Below are positions 61,266-64,000 of a DNA stretch of 64,000 nucleotides, piece after piece. How positions within the stretch are numbered: position 1 is the first letter of the stretch; each line of letters starts with the position of its first letter. A program made the translations under genes and the position numbers. The notes beneath the pieces were generated by a model, which searched no databases, was not told the DNA's origin, and saw only the letters and a program-made list of their open reading frames with translations. The DNA lies in sequence record NC_047995.1; one strand, written 5' to 3'.

Positions 61266-62522
61266 ATGTCAAACGCAAACAAAATTCTGCTTAACGCTCG
61301 TGTACGCCGCTTAGATGGTACCATCACTTACATCAATAAAATAAACGCTAACGGTTATAGCACCGATGCGAAAGGCCCGCAGATTCCTGTGAAGCGTATT
61401 GTGTTCGCAGGCAAATCTCTGAAAGAAATCGAACAGCCGTTCGAAAAAGGCGAGTTCGTGATTGTGCAGGGCGTTGCTGTTAAGCTAAACAAACGCCAGC
61501 AACGTGAACTGGCTGAGGGCACCCTCGACGAGAAAGCGCTGCGTCCTGAGTTCGGCCGTCTGGCGTTCATCGACCGCGACGACGGTAAAGCAACTGACGG
61601 CAAGAAAGTGAAGCCGAAAGCCGTGAAGAAAGACTCTGGCCTGAAAGCTACTCGTAAGCAGAACGGTGACACGCGCACCAAGAAAGAACGCAAGGCAGAA
61701 GCTGCCGCTGCCGATGATTCGCTCGACATGATCAAGTCCACGCCGATTGATCGTAAAGCTGAACTGGCTAACGTCATCGACGCGACAATCGAAGACGCGA
61801 CGACCAAAGAGCGCCGCAAGCTGCTGTCTGAATCGTTCGACATGGACTGGAAAGACGTGAAGAAGCATGGCGGTAAAGGTGTCGTCAAACACATGGGCCG
61901 TAAAGCTGCGCAAGCTGCTGTGAACAAACTGTCTGCGACTGTGACGCAAGACGCATTCATCAAACAGATGCCTGCTGCGTTGAAGCGCCTCATTCAGGAC
62001 GGCACGTTGACGCTCAACAAGGCCCAGATTGAACGTGTGTTGAGTGCGCTCGACCTCGACGTTCGATTCTACAGCATTGCAATGCAGACGCTGCTGGGTA
62101 ACCTCAAGCTGTCTCTCGAACGTGCTGCTGATGAACCGAAAGCGGTCAAGAAAGTGAAGAAGCAAAAAGTACGTCAGGGCAAACCGACGTATGCGTCTGA
62201 GAAAGACCAGAAGCGCCGCATCAAGAAAATGAGTTGCGCTCTGCTGGCACCTTCGAAGAAAGATTTGAAGGAACTGAAAAGTAAAATCAAAGCGGCGAAA
62301 GCAACGATTGCCAAGAAGCTCGGACTCAAGGACGATGAAGTGAAGCGCGGCCTGATCGTGTACCGTCCTAACGGTGTTGAGTTGATGTTCGTAGCGTGTG
62401 ACCTGGTCGGGCCTGTGTTCATCGAGAAAGACGGTGACCGTGTGCAGTTCAACTATGCGCACGTCGGCAGCACCTTCGACCTGCGTCTGACTGAACCTTC
62501 TGAACTGGATGCTACTGTATGA
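61266..62522 (+). CDS. Lys-rich multidomain protein, partial paralog of 59606-61183
   Basis: GAGGA RBS before ATG 61266; shared N-domain L+..+..L.GT...I...A.GY....I...+V..G...+EIE. Confidence 0.8.
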   Translation: MSNANKILLNARVRRLDGTITYINKINANGYSTDAKGPQIPVKRIVFAGKSLKEIEQPFEKGEFVIVQGVAVKLNKRQQRELAEGTLDEKALRPEFGRLAFIDRDDGKATDGKKVKPKAVKKDSGLKATRKQNGDTRTKKERKAEAAAADDSLDMIKSTPIDRKAELANVIDATIEDATTKERRKLLSESFDMDWKDVKKHGGKGVVKHMGRKAAQAAVNKLSATVTQDAFIKQMPAALKRLIQDGTLTLNKAQIERVLSALDLDVRFYSIAMQTLLGNLKLSLERAADEPKAVKKVKKQKVRQGKPTYASEKDQKRRIKKMSCALLAPSKKDLKELKSKIKAAKATIAKKLGLKDDEVKRGLIVYRPNGVELMFVACDLVGPVFIEKDGDRVQFNYAHVGSTFDLRLTEPSELDATV

Positions 62523-62902
62523 CGAACAATGAGATCATCCTGACTGGTGTTTTCGCTCAACTGTACGCGCGGCTAGTGATGGCCGCTGTACAGCGCGTCC
62601 ATGTGTACTACTCTGATCTCGCTCCTGTTGTGTTTGGTGTTCAGTTCACGCGTGTGGGAAAGGCGCAGTACAAGGCACTCGAATCGCTCATTGCCCAGAC
62701 GATGCGCCTTGATATTGAAAACGGCAGGCCACCGCTCGCGGCCTTATATGTGTCACGCGCAAACGACTCTAAGAAACCCACCCAGTCATTCTTCAATGAG
62801 TACACGAAGCTGACTGGGACCCATCTTACTGACGGTGATTGGCAGACGCTCGTTGAACATGTGTGGAAACAGTATGCACCAGACTTTCGGGAGCCATCAT
62901 GA
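62519..62902 (+). CDS. Hypothetical protein, possible winged-helix
   Basis: GRPPLAALYV....KP..SFF motif. Confidence 0.5.
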   Translation: MTNNEIILTGVFAQLYARLVMAAVQRVHVYYSDLAPVVFGVQFTRVGKAQYKALESLIAQTMRLDIENGRPPLAALYVSRANDSKKPTQSFFNEYTKLTGTHLTDGDWQTLVEHVWKQYAPDFREPS

Positions 62903-63360
62903 AAAAGTCAAAAGTTGTAATTAGCCGCGGAGGGTATCGTCCGTCCTCGCATGAAGAAGCACAAAAGCTGGTTGCTGAGTTTATTCTCGGCACCATCGGA
63001 GTTGACCCTACTGTTATCAGCCAGCAGATGCTGTTGAACATTGCGAACTACAATTACCTGACCTCTATTGCAGACACGGGTAAGGCAAACGTAGCGAACC
63101 AGAACGCTCTGCATAAAACTGTAAAAGAACTTAATGCGTTCTGTCGAATGCACAAGATCTCGTTGGGCTTGCTAATTATGCCCCATACATCGGCTAGTGA
63201 TTATTCCGGTGACGAGGTTGTAGCGATTCCATGGGAACATGTGCGCAAGAACCCATTAAGCCAGTCTGCTATCAACTCCCTGTTCCAAACAGTCGAAGCT
63301 GATGGCTATCCGCAGTTTGTGACTGATGCGAAAACAGTAGAGGGATACAATGTTTTATGA
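62899..63360 (+). CDS. Hypothetical protein
   Basis: GGGAG RBS before ATG 62899. Confidence 0.7.
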   Translation: MKKSKVVISRGGYRPSSHEEAQKLVAEFILGTIGVDPTVISQQMLLNIANYNYLTSIADTGKANVANQNALHKTVKELNAFCRMHKISLGLLIMPHTSASDYSGDEVVAIPWEHVRKNPLSQSAINSLFQTVEADGYPQFVTDAKTVEGYNVL

Positions 63361-64000
63361 TCACGTATTCAACCACGACGAGAAGCAATTGCTCCTGTCA
63401 GTGGCTGAGTCTAAATATCTGGTGCGTCTTGATTGCCCCGACTATTTGAAGAAGTCAAAACACTCGATTGAAATTCGTCACACGGTAACCAATCGCGGCG
63501 AGCAACGTCGAAGCGGTGTTGTGAATACAACGTTCGTTCCGCGTATTCATACCTCAACTGTGCAGCGTCTGGTTCGTGAAATCCGCGACTCGGCGGGTGT
63601 AGCTGCTTCCACAAGTTTGGCCGCGTTGTTTGAACTCGGGCTCGGTGTGCCGAAGCAACGTGATATTGCAACGTACCTGCGTGACTACTCGCGTGAGAAC
63701 GATAAGAAGGGTGTGGGCATCAAGTATATCCGCAAACTGATTAACGAGTATCATCGCAAGCACCGTCACAGTTTCGCTGGTAGTCGCTGGCTGATGCCTG
63801 CTGTCTACACGGCGAACATGCTGAACATGCAGTCCTTCATTCATCTGAAAGAAGACGGCTACAGCAAGAAGGTCAAAGTGCCTGACGGTCTGCCTGTCGT
63901 TCTGATCTACCAGAACACCAACCATGCGAAAGCAGAGTTCACCTTGTGTGACGCATTCATGATAAGCCCGCTAGGTTATCCGATGCCGTTCGCGCAGATT
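63350..64000 (+). CDS. Hypothetical protein, N-terminal part (runs off window end; not in ORF track)
   Basis: AGAGGGA RBS, ATG 63350, 217 open codons (MFYDHVFNHDEKQLLL...). Confidence 0.75.
   Translation, partial: MFYDHVFNHDEKQLLLSVAESKYLVRLDCPDYLKKSKHSIEIRHTVTNRGEQRRSGVVNTTFVPRIHTSTVQRLVREIRDSAGVAASTSLAALFELGLGVPKQRDIATYLRDYSRENDKKGVGIKYIRKLINEYHRKHRHSFAGSRWLMPAVYTANMLNMQSFIHLKEDGYSKKVKVPDGLPVVLIYQNTNHAKAEFTLCDAFMISPLGYPMPFAQI

Noticed and set aside
1900-62462. Long antisense ORFs in the track (e.g. 1900-2682, 3749-4417, 14307-14837, 15308-16108, 60503-61240, 61485-62462)
   Set aside because: Shadows of biased codon usage or low-complexity tracts on the sense gene; no RBS or family motifs
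1-64000. CRISPR array
   Set aside because: No run of equal-length repeats with unique spacers. The promoter boxes are kilobases apart, and the Cas4-like nuclease has no cas neighbours
1-64000. Alternative genetic code (stop-codon reassignment)
   Set aside because: Genes end cleanly at TAA, TGA and TAG (e.g. 7880, 12452, 34691, 53514) with the next RBS/start following; known proteins are full length in code 11

Overview
This window looks like part of a large lytic (jumbo) dsDNA phage genome. It is about 50% GC, densely coding, and has about 106 ORFs, all on + except two. The gene set resembles the Erwinia/Dickeya Y3/Alexandra/JA11-type myoviruses; this is an inference from gene content, as no search was run. 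Bases 1-23160 form a core module: RuvC-like resolvase, Ig-repeat virion protein, DnaG-type primase, Cas4-like exonuclease, SWIM protein, Acb1-like 2H phosphodiesterase, sigma factor apparently lacking region 4, SSB with a very long charge-blocked tail, and RecA/UvsX with a 344-aa intein. Bases 23272-64000 form an accessory/early region of mostly small unknown genes, plus NADAR-like, GNAT, KptA/Tpt1, radical SAM, TraR/DksA, UvsE, dUTPase, lytic transglycosylase and PDE-like HD proteins. The strongest unexplained signals are non-coding. (1) Ten promoters share a 19-bp box GCA-N6-WGG-NN-RRAAK at a fixed distance upstream of a good -10 and a degenerate -35, usually followed by a 5' stem-loop. (2) A second motif, (AAT)CTGTAAAY, sits in front of core genes, including the phage sigma gene. 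(3) Several structured RNA candidates occur at 18714-18798, 57959-58033 and 58524-58718, and as a 69-bp duplicated hairpin cassette. No CRISPR array, complete tRNA or rRNA was seen. All family calls come from reading motifs by eye. Start codons were refined by hand from RBS position and may differ from the ORF track.
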